A DNA stretch of 64,000 nucleotides from a virus (IMGVR_UViG_2974499940_000001:35092-99091), one strand, 5' to 3'. Shown: positions 29,449 through 38,140, numbered from the stretch's first letter. Numbers and translations: made by a program. Notes: generated by a model from the sequence alone, not told the origin.

Positions 29449-29898
29449 ATGAAGGCAGCTTTGCTTTTAGTAGCTGCCCTTACCTTCAGCTTTAGTAGTC
29501 AGGCATCGCACGATGCAAAAGAAATAGATTGCATTGCTAAAAATATCTATTTCGAAAGTCGTGGTGAGGGCATAAAGGGAATGACGGCGATTGCACACGT
29601 TACTAAAAACCGTGTAAACTCTGGTAAATTCCCAGATTCCTACTGTAAAGTAGTATATCAGTCTAACCAGTTCTCTTGGGTGTCTAAGAGACCAAAAGTT
29701 GATAAAACTGATGAGGCTTGGAAAACCGCTAAGAATTTAGCTAGAGTGATATACTACGTTGATTTACCACAAGATCATACGCATGGAGCATTGTACTTCC
29801 ATAGTGGTAAAGATAAACCTTACTGGACAAAGAAGTTTAAGAAAACAACTAAGATTAAGGGACATACGTTTTATAAACCTGTTGTCACTAAAACTTAA
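29449..29898 (+). CDS. secreted cell-wall hydrolase (SleB/Hydrolase_2-like)
   Basis: Signal peptide MKAALLLVAALTFSFSSQA and CIAKNIYFESRGEG...AIAHVTKNR. Start set at the second ATG, which has GGAG 8 nt upstream. Confidence 0.6.
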   Translation: MKAALLLVAALTFSFSSQASHDAKEIDCIAKNIYFESRGEGIKGMTAIAHVTKNRVNSGKFPDSYCKVVYQSNQFSWVSKRPKVDKTDEAWKTAKNLARVIYYVDLPQDHTHGALYFHSGKDKPYWTKKFKKTTKIKGHTFYKPVVTKT

Positions 29899-29906
29899 AA
29901 ATTTAC

Positions 29907-29935
29907 TTGCTTAAATACTTAAATTTCCGTATAAT
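29907..29935 (+). promoter_or_regulatory. promoter TTGCTT-17-TATAAT plus downstream ATAAATTAATGAGAGG
   Basis: Family member. Confidence 0.65.
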
Positions 29936-29966
29936 ACTTCCATAAATTAATGAGAGGAAGCGAAAT

Positions 29967-30137
29967 ATGAAATCAGTTGTAATTATTGGTGTTAACACTC
30001 GCGGTATTCGTACTACGAAAACTGTTAAAACTTCTAACGTTGCTGAGATCACTACGAACCCTAAAAAGTTTGATTTCGCCAAAGTCTCAGCAGTTATGAC
30101 AGAACAATCTTTTAACCAAGCGTTAGGAATGAAATAA
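29967..30137 (+). CDS. hypothetical small protein (56 aa)
   Basis: Below the track threshold. GAGAGG RBS after promoter 29907-29935; stop overlaps the next ATG (TAATG). Confidence 0.4.
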   Translation: MKSVVIIGVNTRGIRTTKTVKTSNVAEITTNPKKFDFAKVSAVMTEQSFNQALGMK

Positions 30138-30580
30138 TGGAAGAGAATATTTTAGATGTTTTGCGTAGAGCTTTGCAGGATTCTAAGTTTAATGGTTCTG
30201 ATAAAGAAGTCGCTAAAAGCTATCAGACCATAATCGGGGATCTTCAGCGTATTGATAAAGATTTCATCACTTCTGAACAATTTGTGTCTTATCTCAAAGC
30301 TCAACTAAAAAGCATTAACCAGATGAAAGCTAAACTTCATGGTCAAGATCTTGATAGTTATAGCTTGCAGTCCGCTCAGTATGAATACATTCTAAATAAG
30401 TGGTTGCAGGAGTATCTGCCTCCTCAGTTATCTGATACTGAGATTCGTAAATACTTTGCAGAACTAGTTAAGCTAAACCCTGGAATTACAAAAGGTATGC
30501 TGATGAAAGCGATTAAGGAAGAATTTCCTGGGCGTTATGATGGTGGTACTGCTGCTCAGATTGCTGGCGAATTTAATTAA
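30137..30580 (+). CDS. hypothetical protein (147 aa)
   Basis: Translationally coupled to the preceding small ORF. Confidence 0.5.
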   Translation: MEENILDVLRRALQDSKFNGSDKEVAKSYQTIIGDLQRIDKDFITSEQFVSYLKAQLKSINQMKAKLHGQDLDSYSLQSAQYEYILNKWLQEYLPPQLSDTEIRKYFAELVKLNPGITKGMLMKAIKEEFPGRYDGGTAAQIAGEFN

Positions 30581-30588
30581 AAATTTAT

Positions 30589-30617
30589 TTGCTAAATGCC
30601 TTTAAATTCTGTATAAT
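30589..30617 (+). promoter_or_regulatory. promoter TTGCTA-17-TATAAT driving an ORF-free ~800-nt region and tRNA-Arg
   Basis: Family member; no CDS downstream. Confidence 0.6.
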
Positions 30618-31428
30618 ATATTCATAAATTAGGGAACAGCGAGCCGATTACGCTGAACTTGTCTTAATGTAAGATGCGTCGAGCACTAAGATTCGTTGAA
30701 TAGAGTCGGTGGGTTAGTTGTAAAACTAGTACACAGGGGGCGGCAATCCCGGTTAGTGGCTAGAACGTGTAAAATGAGGCGTCTGAAACCTCTCCCCTAA
30801 ACTCTTCTCTAATTTATAAATAGTGGGGTGTGGAAATCACTTATGTAGTAACACTGCCGTCCTAGTATAATTGGTATTATCAAGCCGTAACTGGTGGAAG
30901 ATGTAGGTTCGAATCCTACGGTCGGTAAGAACTGGATAACTGATGCTTTTAACGTAAAAGCTTCCGAGGTTAGTTGCGCACTGCCTAAACCACGCGGTAG
31001 TTGGTTCCAGACTAACCAACCAGTCTGCTGAATAGTTTATTACGATTTAACTATGTCCAGGCTAAAGAAGAACTTTAGAAGGTATTCTAGGGTAGTGAAG
31101 TTCTTTCTCCATATCGGAGTAGTTTTTCAAGCTATCCACAAAGTGGGAAATGCTGACATGAGAGATGTCACTAATGGTGCACAATAGCACAGGTAATTCG
31201 CGATAACTCCTGTTGAGTAGCAGCAAAAGGTGGGAAGTCATGACCCCAAGCCTAACCGAGTCCTCAATATACCGCAGGACATAACCACTAAGTCACCCTG
31301 ACTTAAACTGGAAAATAATAGACGTTACCGTATTTTGTCTTGAAATACTTAATGAGTGAGACTTATGACTCTCCCGGTATCGTCTGTATTTTTAAGAGTT
31401 TTTACGAGAGTTCTTAAAAATACTTAAA

Positions 31429-31503
31429 CGGGGTGTAGTCTAAGGGATAGGCAGGAGTCTTCTAAATTCCTTTATGCAGGTTCGAATCCTGTCACCTCGG
31501 CCA
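31429..31503 (+). tRNA. tRNA-Arg (anticodon TCT), CCA encoded
   Basis: Acceptor CGGGGTG/CACCTCG, T-arm GCAGGTTCGAATCCTGT, anticodon loop CTTCTAA. Confidence 0.7.
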
Positions 31504-31537
31504 ATTTTATTAACTGTAACTAAAACAAAGGAAATAT

Positions 31538-32485
31538 ATGTTTAATACTAAAAATATGAAAGAACTAACTTCTGAGCAGAAAGTAATTCGTACTATTAAA
31601 CGTTGGGGGATTGGTGCTGTAGTTGGTTTAGCAGGTTTAATCCTAGCTTTTAATTCATATACTATTGTTTCTGATGGTACGGTTAAAACTCAAACATTCC
31701 TGGGTAAAGTAGACCCTAATCCAGTATTACCCGGCTTTCATATTGTAAATCCTTTTGCTTCTTTCGATACTTTTAGTACTAAAGATATTGCTGTAAAATT
31801 AGATAAACTTCAGGTTCCTAGTCAGGATAAGTTTAAATCCACTGTTGATCTGACTGTTATGTTGCAGTTTGATGGTTCTAAGGCACCGATTAACCGTATT
31901 AATGCAGGTACTCAGGATCAAGCGTTAGACAAATATGTAACTGAAAAATTACTGTCTACTATTCGTGAGTTTGGTAAGTCTGTACCTAAAGCACAAGATT
32001 TGTTTGATGCTAAAATTCAGGCTCAATTGCAAACTGCAATTCAACAGGAAGTTGAAGAGTACGCACGCCCATATGGTTACACAGTTAAGCAGGTATTCCT
32101 TCAGGATATTACTTTGCCACCGGTAATCATGGAACAGGTACAGAATACCAAAGTTCGTGAAGAACAGGTTAATGCTGCTAAAGCTGAATTAGCTCGTGTT
32201 GAACAGGAAGCACAGCAAAAAGTTAAACAAGCAGAAGCAGATCGTGAAGCTCGCAACAACCAAGCTATCGCTAATGAACGTGACGCAGATGCTAAACTGT
32301 ATGCAGCTAAGAAAGAAGCTGAAGCTAACGCCGCACTGCAACGTACCATTACTCCTGAGATGATTCGTTGGAAACAACTGGAAGTTGAGATGATTCGTGC
32401 TCAGAAATATCAAGGTGGTGTGCCTCAGACTGTGGTAGGTACTGGTTACGATGGTCAAATGATCATGGATATGCGTAACAAGTAA
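31538..32485 (+). CDS. SPFH / band-7 (prohibitin/HflC-like) membrane protein
   Basis: N-terminal TM, SPFH core and a long coiled-coil tail (EQVNAAKAELARVEQEAQQKVKQAEADREARNNQAIANERDADAKLYAAKKEAEANAALQ). Confidence 0.7.
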   Translation: MFNTKNMKELTSEQKVIRTIKRWGIGAVVGLAGLILAFNSYTIVSDGTVKTQTFLGKVDPNPVLPGFHIVNPFASFDTFSTKDIAVKLDKLQVPSQDKFKSTVDLTVMLQFDGSKAPINRINAGTQDQALDKYVTEKLLSTIREFGKSVPKAQDLFDAKIQAQLQTAIQQEVEEYARPYGYTVKQVFLQDITLPPVIMEQVQNTKVREEQVNAAKAELARVEQEAQQKVKQAEADREARNNQAIANERDADAKLYAAKKEAEANAALQRTITPEMIRWKQLEVEMIRAQKYQGGVPQTVVGTGYDGQMIMDMRNK

Positions 32486-32507
32486 TAGTTACACGTAATC
32501 TTCGAAC

Positions 32508-32548
32508 CAAGCCCGCGTTTCCTCCGAGAGCGCGGGCTTTTCTGTATT
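32508..32548 (+). terminator. intrinsic terminator after the SPFH gene
   Basis: AAGCCCGCG...CGCGGGCTT plus TTCTGTATTT. Confidence 0.7.
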
Positions 32549-32555
32549 TAAGGCA

Positions 32556-32597
32556 AAAGAAAAAGCCCCTAAGTCTTTCGACTAGGGGCTTTATTGT
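32556..32597. terminator. bidirectional terminator hairpin
   Basis: AAAAAGCCCCTAG...CTAGGGGCTTTATTGTTT: an A-run before and a T-run after a 10-bp stem. Confidence 0.6.
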
Positions 32598-32809
32598 TTG
32601 GTTCTTTAGAACCATATACTCTTATTACAGCAACCACCCATACGGGAGGCCAATCTTGACTGAAAATCTACTCTAGGGGGCAGGATAAGAGTAGGCTTAA
32701 AGGCAAACGGATTGAACGCCGGTATTTGCGTAAACATTGCTGGAGAGCAACAACGTGCTACAGGCATTGGGCAGCACGAAACAGATTTTCTGCAACACAT
32801 AATTCCTCC

Positions 32810-33226
32810 TTAGGAGTTATTACCACCATTTTGAGCTTTTGCAACTTGGCTTTGGCAGAAGCTATTAAACTTACCCATAAGTGATACAAGCTGTTTCCCA
32901 TCCTCTGTCTTTGCGAAGTCTTCGAAAAGGGCTAGTACTGCCTGTCCTTCCGCAGAAACCTGCGGTTGTTGGGTTTGTTGCTGAACTTGCTGCTGGGGCA
33001 CCTGCTGCTGCATTTGTTGAGGCATTTGCGACTGCCCATTCATTTGCTGCATCATTTGCATAGGATTCACACTTCCAGGGTTTTGCTGGAGTTGTTGCTG
33101 CATCTGTTGCGCTTCTGCTAAACGCTGTTGCAATTGTTGTAAGTAGGGGTTATCCAGACCCGGAATGGGCTGCTGGGAGCCCATACTTTGATTAAGTCCG
33201 TTATTTACAAAACCATATTTACTCAT
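32810..33226 (-). CDS. hypothetical Gln-rich low-complexity protein (138 aa)
   Basis: Minus-strand ORF inside the plus-strand region, downstream of the 33248-34234 gene. Confidence 0.45.
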   Translation of the reverse strand: MSKYGFVNNGLNQSMGSQQPIPGLDNPYLQQLQQRLAEAQQMQQQLQQNPGSVNPMQMMQQMNGQSQMPQQMQQQVPQQQVQQQTQQPQVSAEGQAVLALFEDFAKTEDGKQLVSLMGKFNSFCQSQVAKAQNGGNNS

Positions 33227-33247
33227 AATGGGCTCCTCCCCTTAATA

Positions 33248-34234
33248 TTAAGCCGGCAGTTTAGCCTGCAGACCAGCCAGAGTCTGAGTGATAGCACCAA
33301 GACTTAAAGCGATTTGATTAATTACCTGACCGTTAGCACCGCTACCCGCAGCGATTGCTTCACGTAGGCGACATGCATCTAACTCATCCTGGATACGCGC
33401 AGTAGTTACACCAGCGATCGCAGTCTGAAGTTCACAGCAACATTCAGCAATCTGACGTTCCAGAGAGTTCTGGTTAGCACACATCTGAGCCTGAACAGCG
33501 GCAAACTGGTTATTAGTTTGTAAAGTCTGCTGGAAAGCGATCTGTGCAGAATCAAACTTATCTTGTGCACGAGCTATCTGATTAGCTGCGAAAGATTGAT
33601 CAATCTGGCGAGAAAGATCGAACTGGCCCTGAATAACGTTGCGAGTTTCCTGGCAGATCTGATTAGACAGATTAGCACCTGTACCATAGATCGTAGTTAG
33701 TACAGACTGAGTATCACGGCTCTGGTTTTGGGATGTCTGGCTAAAACCATTGTTAACTGCGCTTAAAACAGCTCCAGTACCCTGGTTAGCTTCTGTACGA
33801 GTAGTGTTGATAGCTGCTAGAATACTAGCGGTATCTTGGTTCTGAAGTACTGCATCAACTGCGGTACCATCACCAACTACACCACGTCCACCGAATCCAC
33901 CGAATCCACCGAATCCGCCTGTTAATAGAGCACCGATTAGGATAGCTCCGAATAGTCCCATACCTTCACCACCGAAAGCACCTGCGTTTGCTGGGTAACC
34001 ACCCAGTAGGCCAGGGAAGCCACTAGTGAATACGTTTACTGGTTCTTGCATTTTATGTTTTCCATATTTATGACAATGCTCATCATCGTCATCTTCTTCA
34101 TCATCGTGTTCACGATGTTTTTCTTCGTAGGCTCTGACCTTCTCCCACTTTTTCTTATCTGATTCCTCGTGACGGTGCAGTTCTGCTGCAACGCTAGCGA
34201 CGGTCTCAGGACTCTTAGTCACTTCTTCTGTCAT
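33248..34234 (-). CDS. hypothetical membrane protein with glycine-zipper (GxxxG-repeat) segment and N/Q/T-rich C-terminal domain
   Basis: Start taken at MTEEVTK with AGGAGG 8 nt upstream. Acidic N-terminus, then GLFGAILIGALLTGGFGGFGGFGG. Confidence 0.5.
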   Translation of the reverse strand: MTEEVTKSPETVASVAAELHRHEESDKKKWEKVRAYEEKHREHDDEEDDDDEHCHKYGKHKMQEPVNVFTSGFPGLLGGYPANAGAFGGEGMGLFGAILIGALLTGGFGGFGGFGGRGVVGDGTAVDAVLQNQDTASILAAINTTRTEANQGTGAVLSAVNNGFSQTSQNQSRDTQSVLTTIYGTGANLSNQICQETRNVIQGQFDLSRQIDQSFAANQIARAQDKFDSAQIAFQQTLQTNNQFAAVQAQMCANQNSLERQIAECCCELQTAIAGVTTARIQDELDACRLREAIAAGSGANGQVINQIALSLGAITQTLAGLQAKLPA

Positions 34235-34441
34235 TTTTTGACACCTCCTAGTATATAGAAAATGTGTGTCTCTTTGATCACTCATCCATAACATATACTT
34301 TACACTACCCCAGCGAAAATGTCAAGGGGTCTTTAAAATTTGCCCCCGGATTTTTAGTGGGGTCACAAATTTTGGTCCTCACCACTTATCTGCTACCCTT
34401 AAGTGCCCTATGATTTTCCTCTAAAAAGTTAAAAAATTTGA

Positions 34442-34470
34442 TTGCTTGAATGCTAAATTCTCTGTATAAT
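34442..34470 (+). promoter_or_regulatory. promoter TTGCTT-17-TATAAT plus downstream ATAAATTTGAGAGG
   Basis: Family member. Confidence 0.65.
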
Positions 34471-34500
34471 ATATCTATAAATTTGAGAGGGGAACCAAAT

Positions 34501-35019
34501 ATGAATGTTGATGAGCTAACACAGCACCTCTTATCTAGAGGATTTGATACAGATAAATATCATTGCTGGTTAAGTCCGGGAGGATGGCTAACAGTCCCGT
34601 TGTATGACTTCTCTGGGATGTTGAGGGGCTATCAAACTTATAATCCTTCTGCTCCAAAAGGTCATGGTAAGTGCCCCTTTGAAGCTAAATATTTTACTAA
34701 TTCTACTACCCAGTGTGTATGGGGACTAGAAACTCTCAATGGAGATGAAAAAGTAGTATTGATCGCTGAATCTGTATTTAAGGCAGTTACGCTACATAAT
34801 GCGGGTTATCCAGCCCTGGCAATGTTGGGTTCTTCTCCAGGAAAAGCGTTATTAAAGCAACTGAAATTATTACCTTTTAAATTGGTAGCTGTCGGGGACA
34901 ATGATCCCGATGGTGAAAAATTTGCTAGAAAATTAAACGGCTTTGTTTCTCCTGTAGATGTGGATGAGATGTCTACCGAAAACTTGAAAAATTTTCTTGC
35001 TATGAAGCTAAATTTCTAA
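34501..35019 (+). CDS. TOPRIM-domain protein (172 aa)
   Basis: Start MNVDELTQ after GAGAGG. Has LIAESVFKAV (Glu) plus GDNDPDG (DxD), typical of TOPRIM. Confidence 0.5.
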   Translation: MNVDELTQHLLSRGFDTDKYHCWLSPGGWLTVPLYDFSGMLRGYQTYNPSAPKGHGKCPFEAKYFTNSTTQCVWGLETLNGDEKVVLIAESVFKAVTLHNAGYPALAMLGSSPGKALLKQLKLLPFKLVAVGDNDPDGEKFARKLNGFVSPVDVDEMSTENLKNFLAMKLNF

Positions 35020-35025
35020 TATAAT
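34997..35025 (+). promoter_or_regulatory. promoter TTGCTA-17-TATAAT overlapping the CDS 3' end; drives tRNA-Ser/Met
   Basis: Family member. Confidence 0.6.
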
Positions 35026-35040
35026 ATATCTTATAAATTC

Positions 35041-35129
35041 GGAAGAATAGCATAACGGTATTGCAGCAGATTGCTAATCTGTCGGTTTGAAATATAGCCT
35101 TGTGGGTTCGATTCCCACTTCTTCCGCCA
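35041..35129 (+). tRNA. tRNA-Ser (GCT), class II, CCA encoded
   Basis: Acceptor GGAAGAA/TTCTTCC, loop TTGCTAA, long variable arm, T-arm GTGGGTTCGATTCCCAC. Confidence 0.8.
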
Positions 35130-35135
35130 GATTTT

Positions 35136-35213
35136 GGTTCTCAAGCTCATATGGTATGAGCACCCGGCTCATAACCGGAAGGTACGTAGGTTCGAATCCT
35201 CGGGGAGCCACCA
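35136..35213 (+). tRNA. tRNA-Met or Ile2 (CAT)
   Basis: Acceptor GGTTCTC/GGGAGCC with GU pairs, D-stem GCTC/GAGC, loop CTCATAA, GGTTCGAATCC T-loop, CCA encoded. Confidence 0.7.
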
Positions 35214-35231
35214 ATTAAATAGAGGTCACAA

Positions 35232-35420
35232 ATGGATCTATATATAGTTTATGTTGTGTTTATTCAAGATAGAGAATACCCGGATGAATATAAAAAAGGA
35301 TATAGGTTAGCCAGAGCTACCTCTGAAGCCCAAGCTATGGATAAAGTGGCGGATTATATGATTACGGTAGAAAACGTACACTATATCGACTACCTTGAAG
35401 CCTCAAAAGTAATTGACTAA
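35232..35420 (+). CDS. hypothetical small protein (62 aa)
   Basis: ORF between tRNAs. Confidence 0.4.
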   Translation: MDLYIVYVVFIQDREYPDEYKKGYRLARATSEAQAMDKVADYMITVENVHYIDYLEASKVID

Positions 35421-35427
35421 ATTACAC

Positions 35428-35504
35428 GGGGGTGTAATCGAATTGGCATAGGTACTGGACTTAAAATTCAGGTTTTGTGGGTTCGAATCCCACCACCCCT
35501 ACCA
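35428..35504 (+). tRNA. class-I tRNA with apparent anticodon TAA (Leu-type) - identity uncertain
   Basis: Acceptor GGGGGTG/CACCCCT, stem CTGGA/TTCAG, loop CTTAAAA, T-arm GTGGGTTCGAATCCCAC, CCA encoded; short variable arm. Confidence 0.5.
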
Positions 35505-35679
35505 AATTAAGGAAATAAGATGTATAGACATCCACCTCCGCCAACACGTCGTTCTAGGGAAGTCATCCTCATGGAATTGACGAAAAACTTCAAGGCGACC
35601 CTTGAGGATAGAGACTTAGGCACAGATGAAGACGTTGATTTCATCTGTAAACTATTAAAAATGAAACTGGAGAAACAAC

Positions 35680-35886
35680 ATGGCTAATCCTGAAATTACC
35701 ATGCAACGATTCATGGCTAAAGGCATGATAGCCGAGGCAGGCATTGAACAAGAAGTAAAAAGTTATTACGAACAGATTAAGGATATTATAGACTCTGCTA
35801 AAAACACCGGAGAAAAAGAACACGGTGCAGCAATTATGGCTATAACTCTTATTAGTCTAGACTTGGCCGAAAAATCTGGAGTTTAG
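35680..35886 (+). CDS. hypothetical small protein (68 aa)
   Basis: ORF between tRNAs. Confidence 0.4.
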   Translation: MANPEITMQRFMAKGMIAEAGIEQEVKSYYEQIKDIIDSAKNTGEKEHGAAIMAITLISLDLAEKSGV

Positions 35887-35916
35887 CTCCTCCAAACAGA
35901 ATTTTTAAAAATGTAC

Positions 35917-35946
35917 TTGCCTTTTACTTTAAATTTCTGGTATAAT
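35917..35946 (+). promoter_or_regulatory. promoter TTGCCT-18-TATAAT plus downstream ATAAATTGATGAAGG
   Basis: Family member. Confidence 0.6.
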
Positions 35947-35976
35947 AGTTATATAAATTGATGAAGGAGTTAATTA

Positions 35977-36252
35977 ATGCAAAATCGTGTTGTAGCAACT
36001 GGTATTGAAAGTGCAATCTGCAAATCCTGGGAAGACTGGGAAGGTGAGATTGAATGGCTCTATCTCTATAACGTAGAGCTTTTACCGGAAGTTAAAGCTA
36101 AATGTATTGAAGCTGGCATGGCTCCAGATGCAAAAGCTGATATTGATATTTTAATGTCTGACCTTAAAGGTCGTGTAGTTACCGTTAGTAATGAGGGCGA
36201 AGAAGTTTTCGAACTTCCGTTCTCCTTAACTGTCACTCCTAAGTTCGACTAA
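35977..36252 (+). CDS. hypothetical protein (91 aa)
   Basis: After promoter 35917-35946, with AAGGAG RBS. Confidence 0.5.
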   Translation: MQNRVVATGIESAICKSWEDWEGEIEWLYLYNVELLPEVKAKCIEAGMAPDAKADIDILMSDLKGRVVTVSNEGEEVFELPFSLTVTPKFD

Positions 36253-36288
36253 CTAATACAGCACTGAGCAAGTTCTTTAAAATTTGAC

Positions 36289-36317
36289 TTGCTCAGTGCC
36301 TTAAAACTTGGTATAAT
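36289..36317 (+). promoter_or_regulatory. promoter TTGCTC-17-TATAAT; -35 lies in the 3' arm of a 12-bp inverted repeat; drives the Tyr/Glu tRNA group
   Basis: GCACTGAGCAAG ... CTTGCTCAGTGC hairpin at 36261-36300. Confidence 0.55.
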
Positions 36318-36380
36318 AGTTATCTAATTCGGAAACATATTTAAAAGTGTTTAAACTAGTATTTGAATACTTTTAAATAT

Positions 36381-36471
36381 GTTGGATTAGTATCGTAGAG
36401 GTAGCGAAGCAGACTGTAAATCTGCCGACTCGGAAGGGTCTCGGGTGGTTCGACTCCATCATCCAACACCA
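36381..36471 (+). tRNA. tRNA-Tyr (GTA), class II
   Basis: Acceptor GTTGGAT/ATCCAAC, stem GCAGA/TCTGC, loop CTGTAAA, long variable arm, GGTTCGACTCC. Confidence 0.8.
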
Positions 36472-36478
36472 AATTTAA

Positions 36479-36555
36479 GTCCTGTTAGACAAACTGGTAA
36501 AGTCACTACCCTTTCAAGGTAGGATTTGCGGGTTCGATCCCCGCACAGGACGCCA
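36479..36555 (+). tRNA. tRNA-Glu (TTC)
   Basis: Acceptor GTCCTGT/ACAGGAC, stem CTACC/GGTAG, loop CTTTCAA, T-arm GCGGGTTCGATCCCCGC, CCA encoded. Confidence 0.8.
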
Positions 36556-36563
36556 ATTTCTGC

Positions 36564-36640
36564 ATTCCTAGGGTGTTACTGGACAGCATGTCGGTCTCCA
36601 AAACCGTACGGTCTAGGTTCGAGTCCTAGTAGGTTTGCCA
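36564..36640 (+). tRNA. tRNA-like gene, possibly tRNA-Trp (CCA); poor acceptor pairing
   Basis: T-arm CTAGGTTCGAGTCCTAG followed by TAGGTTT-G-CCA; loop CTCCAAA; the 5' acceptor has two U-U mismatches. Confidence 0.35.
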
Positions 36641-36646
36641 AAATTT

Positions 36647-36721
36647 GCACCTTTAGCTGAGATGGATTAGCGCTTGCCTGAAGAGCTTGAGAGGTTCGTT
36701 CGATACGAACAGGGTGCACCA
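36647..36721 (+). tRNA. tRNA-like gene, possibly tRNA-Phe (GAA); atypical anticodon stem
   Basis: Acceptor GCACCTT/AGGGTGC, CCA encoded, T-arm GTTCGTTCGATACGAAC, candidate loop CTGAAGA. Confidence 0.45.
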
Positions 36722-36738
36722 AATTGAAGGAGATGCTG

Positions 36739-37002
36739 ATGCATCCTGAAAACTTCTTTATTTACTGCGCAGATAAGTCGCTGAAACGTAGAATTAATAA
36801 AGTCTATCATTATCGTGCTAGTCAACAGCCTTATGTATATGCTTTTGACGGTGATCACATTCCACTAGAACAATTATCTTGTGATTACATGATATTGAAG
36901 AACTTTGACGAGACGAAGATCTCAAGCGTTCATAATCGACAGAATCCATTAACGTGGAAATATAAGAAGAAAAAGAAAGGCATCAAATTCTTAAAAATGT
37001 AG
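36739..37002 (+). CDS. hypothetical protein (~87 aa)
   Basis: ATG 6 nt after AAGGAG; the track ORF starts at TTG 36724. Confidence 0.4.
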   Translation: MHPENFFIYCADKSLKRRINKVYHYRASQQPYVYAFDGDHIPLEQLSCDYMILKNFDETKISSVHNRQNPLTWKYKKKKKGIKFLKM

Positions 37003-37031
37003 TTGCTTAGTTTCCAAAAGTTCTGTATAAT
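37003..37031 (+). promoter_or_regulatory. promoter TTGCTT-17-TATAAT (tRNA-Cys)
   Basis: Family member. Confidence 0.6.
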
Positions 37032-37079
37032 AATTACATAAATTGAACTGGAGAAGCAACATGACAGAACAAGATAAAC

Positions 37080-37155
37080 CGACCGTTGGCTGAATGGCTT
37101 AGGCGAAGGATTGCAAATCCTTTTTATGTGAGTTCAAATCTCATGCGGTCGTCCA
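37080..37155 (+). tRNA. tRNA-Cys (GCA)
   Basis: Acceptor CGACCGT/GCGGTCG, stem AAGGA/TCCTT, loop TTGCAAA, T-arm GTGAGTTCAAATCTCAT, CCA encoded. Confidence 0.8.
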
Positions 37156-37176
37156 AATTACTAAAGGAAAGAAGTA

Positions 37177-37695
37177 GTGCATACAAAAGTTTTTGATAGT
37201 TTGGTAAAGAAAGGCGTTGTTACTAATGAGCCCTTCTATATAACCGCAGAACTAATCCAAAGATTTATGGAAGAGTATATAAATCTTTCAGGAACCAATG
37301 GTAATACCAAAAAGAATACAAATACTATGTATTCGAGAAAACTTGCTGCACTTTCCTTTATAAAATTTAAGCAGGAAAATAAACTTCCTATTTCTGAAGG
37401 TTTTGTATACTGTATTAGTAATCCTGCATGGAAAAATCAGTATAAAATAGGTATGAGTCAAAATCCAAAGGAGAGATTAGCTCAATATCAGACTTATTCC
37501 CCTTATAGGGATTATAAGTTAGAGCATTGGTCTTTTTGGTTTGACAAACGAAAAGGTGAAAAACTAATTCACCAGTATTTCAAAGATTTAAAAGAACATG
37601 AGTGGTTTAGTATAAATTCTAGAGATCTTAGTAAATATCTAGAACGTATTAACTCTAGTTCTTACTTATATGGTTCCTTAGCTCTAATTGGTTAG
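37177..37695 (+). CDS. hypothetical protein (172 aa); last 8 codons overlap tRNA-Asn
   Basis: GTG start after AAAGGAAAG; its stop TAG lies inside the D-loop of the tRNA at 37672-37749. Confidence 0.5.
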   Translation: MHTKVFDSLVKKGVVTNEPFYITAELIQRFMEEYINLSGTNGNTKKNTNTMYSRKLAALSFIKFKQENKLPISEGFVYCISNPAWKNQYKIGMSQNPKERLAQYQTYSPYRDYKLEHWSFWFDKRKGEKLIHQYFKDLKEHEWFSINSRDLSKYLERINSSSYLYGSLALIG

Positions 37696-37749
37696 AGCGG
37701 CATCTTGTTAAGTTGAGGGTTGCTGGTTCGAATCCAGCAGGAACCGCCA
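37672..37749 (+). tRNA. tRNA-Asn (GTT)
   Basis: Perfect acceptor GGTTCCT/AGGAACC, D-stem GCTC/GAGC, loop TTGTTAA, T-arm GCTGGTTCGAATCCAGC, CCA encoded. Confidence 0.7.
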
Positions 37750-37851
37750 AATTCTGTGTAGAGTTAAGTAAACCGGTAGCCAACCAGCTATCATTGCTGA
37801 CATCGAATTCAGCCACAGATACCATTTTCATTAATAACTGAGGAAACAAGC

Positions 37852-38037
37852 ATGTCCAAGAATGTGATTGCGCAGCTAGAAGTTCATCGTGATAGCACTA
37901 TCAACAATATTGAAGTTGAGAAGAAATACATCGAAGAACTTAAACATGATATACTAGTAAGTCTCAATCGTCTTAATGTACGAAAAGAGTTTCTTAAAGA
38001 ACTTAATGCAGCTATTGAAAAACTCAAAGCTGAGTAA
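37852..38037 (+). CDS. hypothetical small protein (61 aa)
   Basis: ORF with GAGGAAAC RBS. Confidence 0.4.
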   Translation: MSKNVIAQLEVHRDSTINNIEVEKKYIEELKHDILVSLNRLNVRKEFLKELNAAIEKLKAE

Positions 38038-38046
38038 ATAAATTAT

Positions 38047-38123
38047 GCGACCGGGGCTGGCTTGGTAATGGTACTCCCCTGTCACGGGAGAGAATGTGGG
38101 TTCGAATCCCATCGGTCGCGCCA
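38047..38123 (+). tRNA. tRNA-Asp (GTC)
   Basis: Acceptor GCGACCG/CGGTCGC, stem CTCCC/GGGAG, loop CTGTCAC, GGGTTCGAATCCC, CCA encoded. Confidence 0.85.
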
Positions 38124-38140
38124 AATAAGGTAGGTTAGCT

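Noticed and set aside
32101-32458. Minus-strand ORFs (82 and 89 aa) antisense to the SPFH gene coiled-coil tail
   Set aside because: They are artefacts of the repetitive Ala/Glu/Gln-codon region and are Ser/Cys/Leu-rich.
32606-32800. 64-aa Cys-rich minus-strand ORF
   Set aside because: It lies across terminator hairpins and GC-rich structured sequence with no RBS, so it is probably non-coding.
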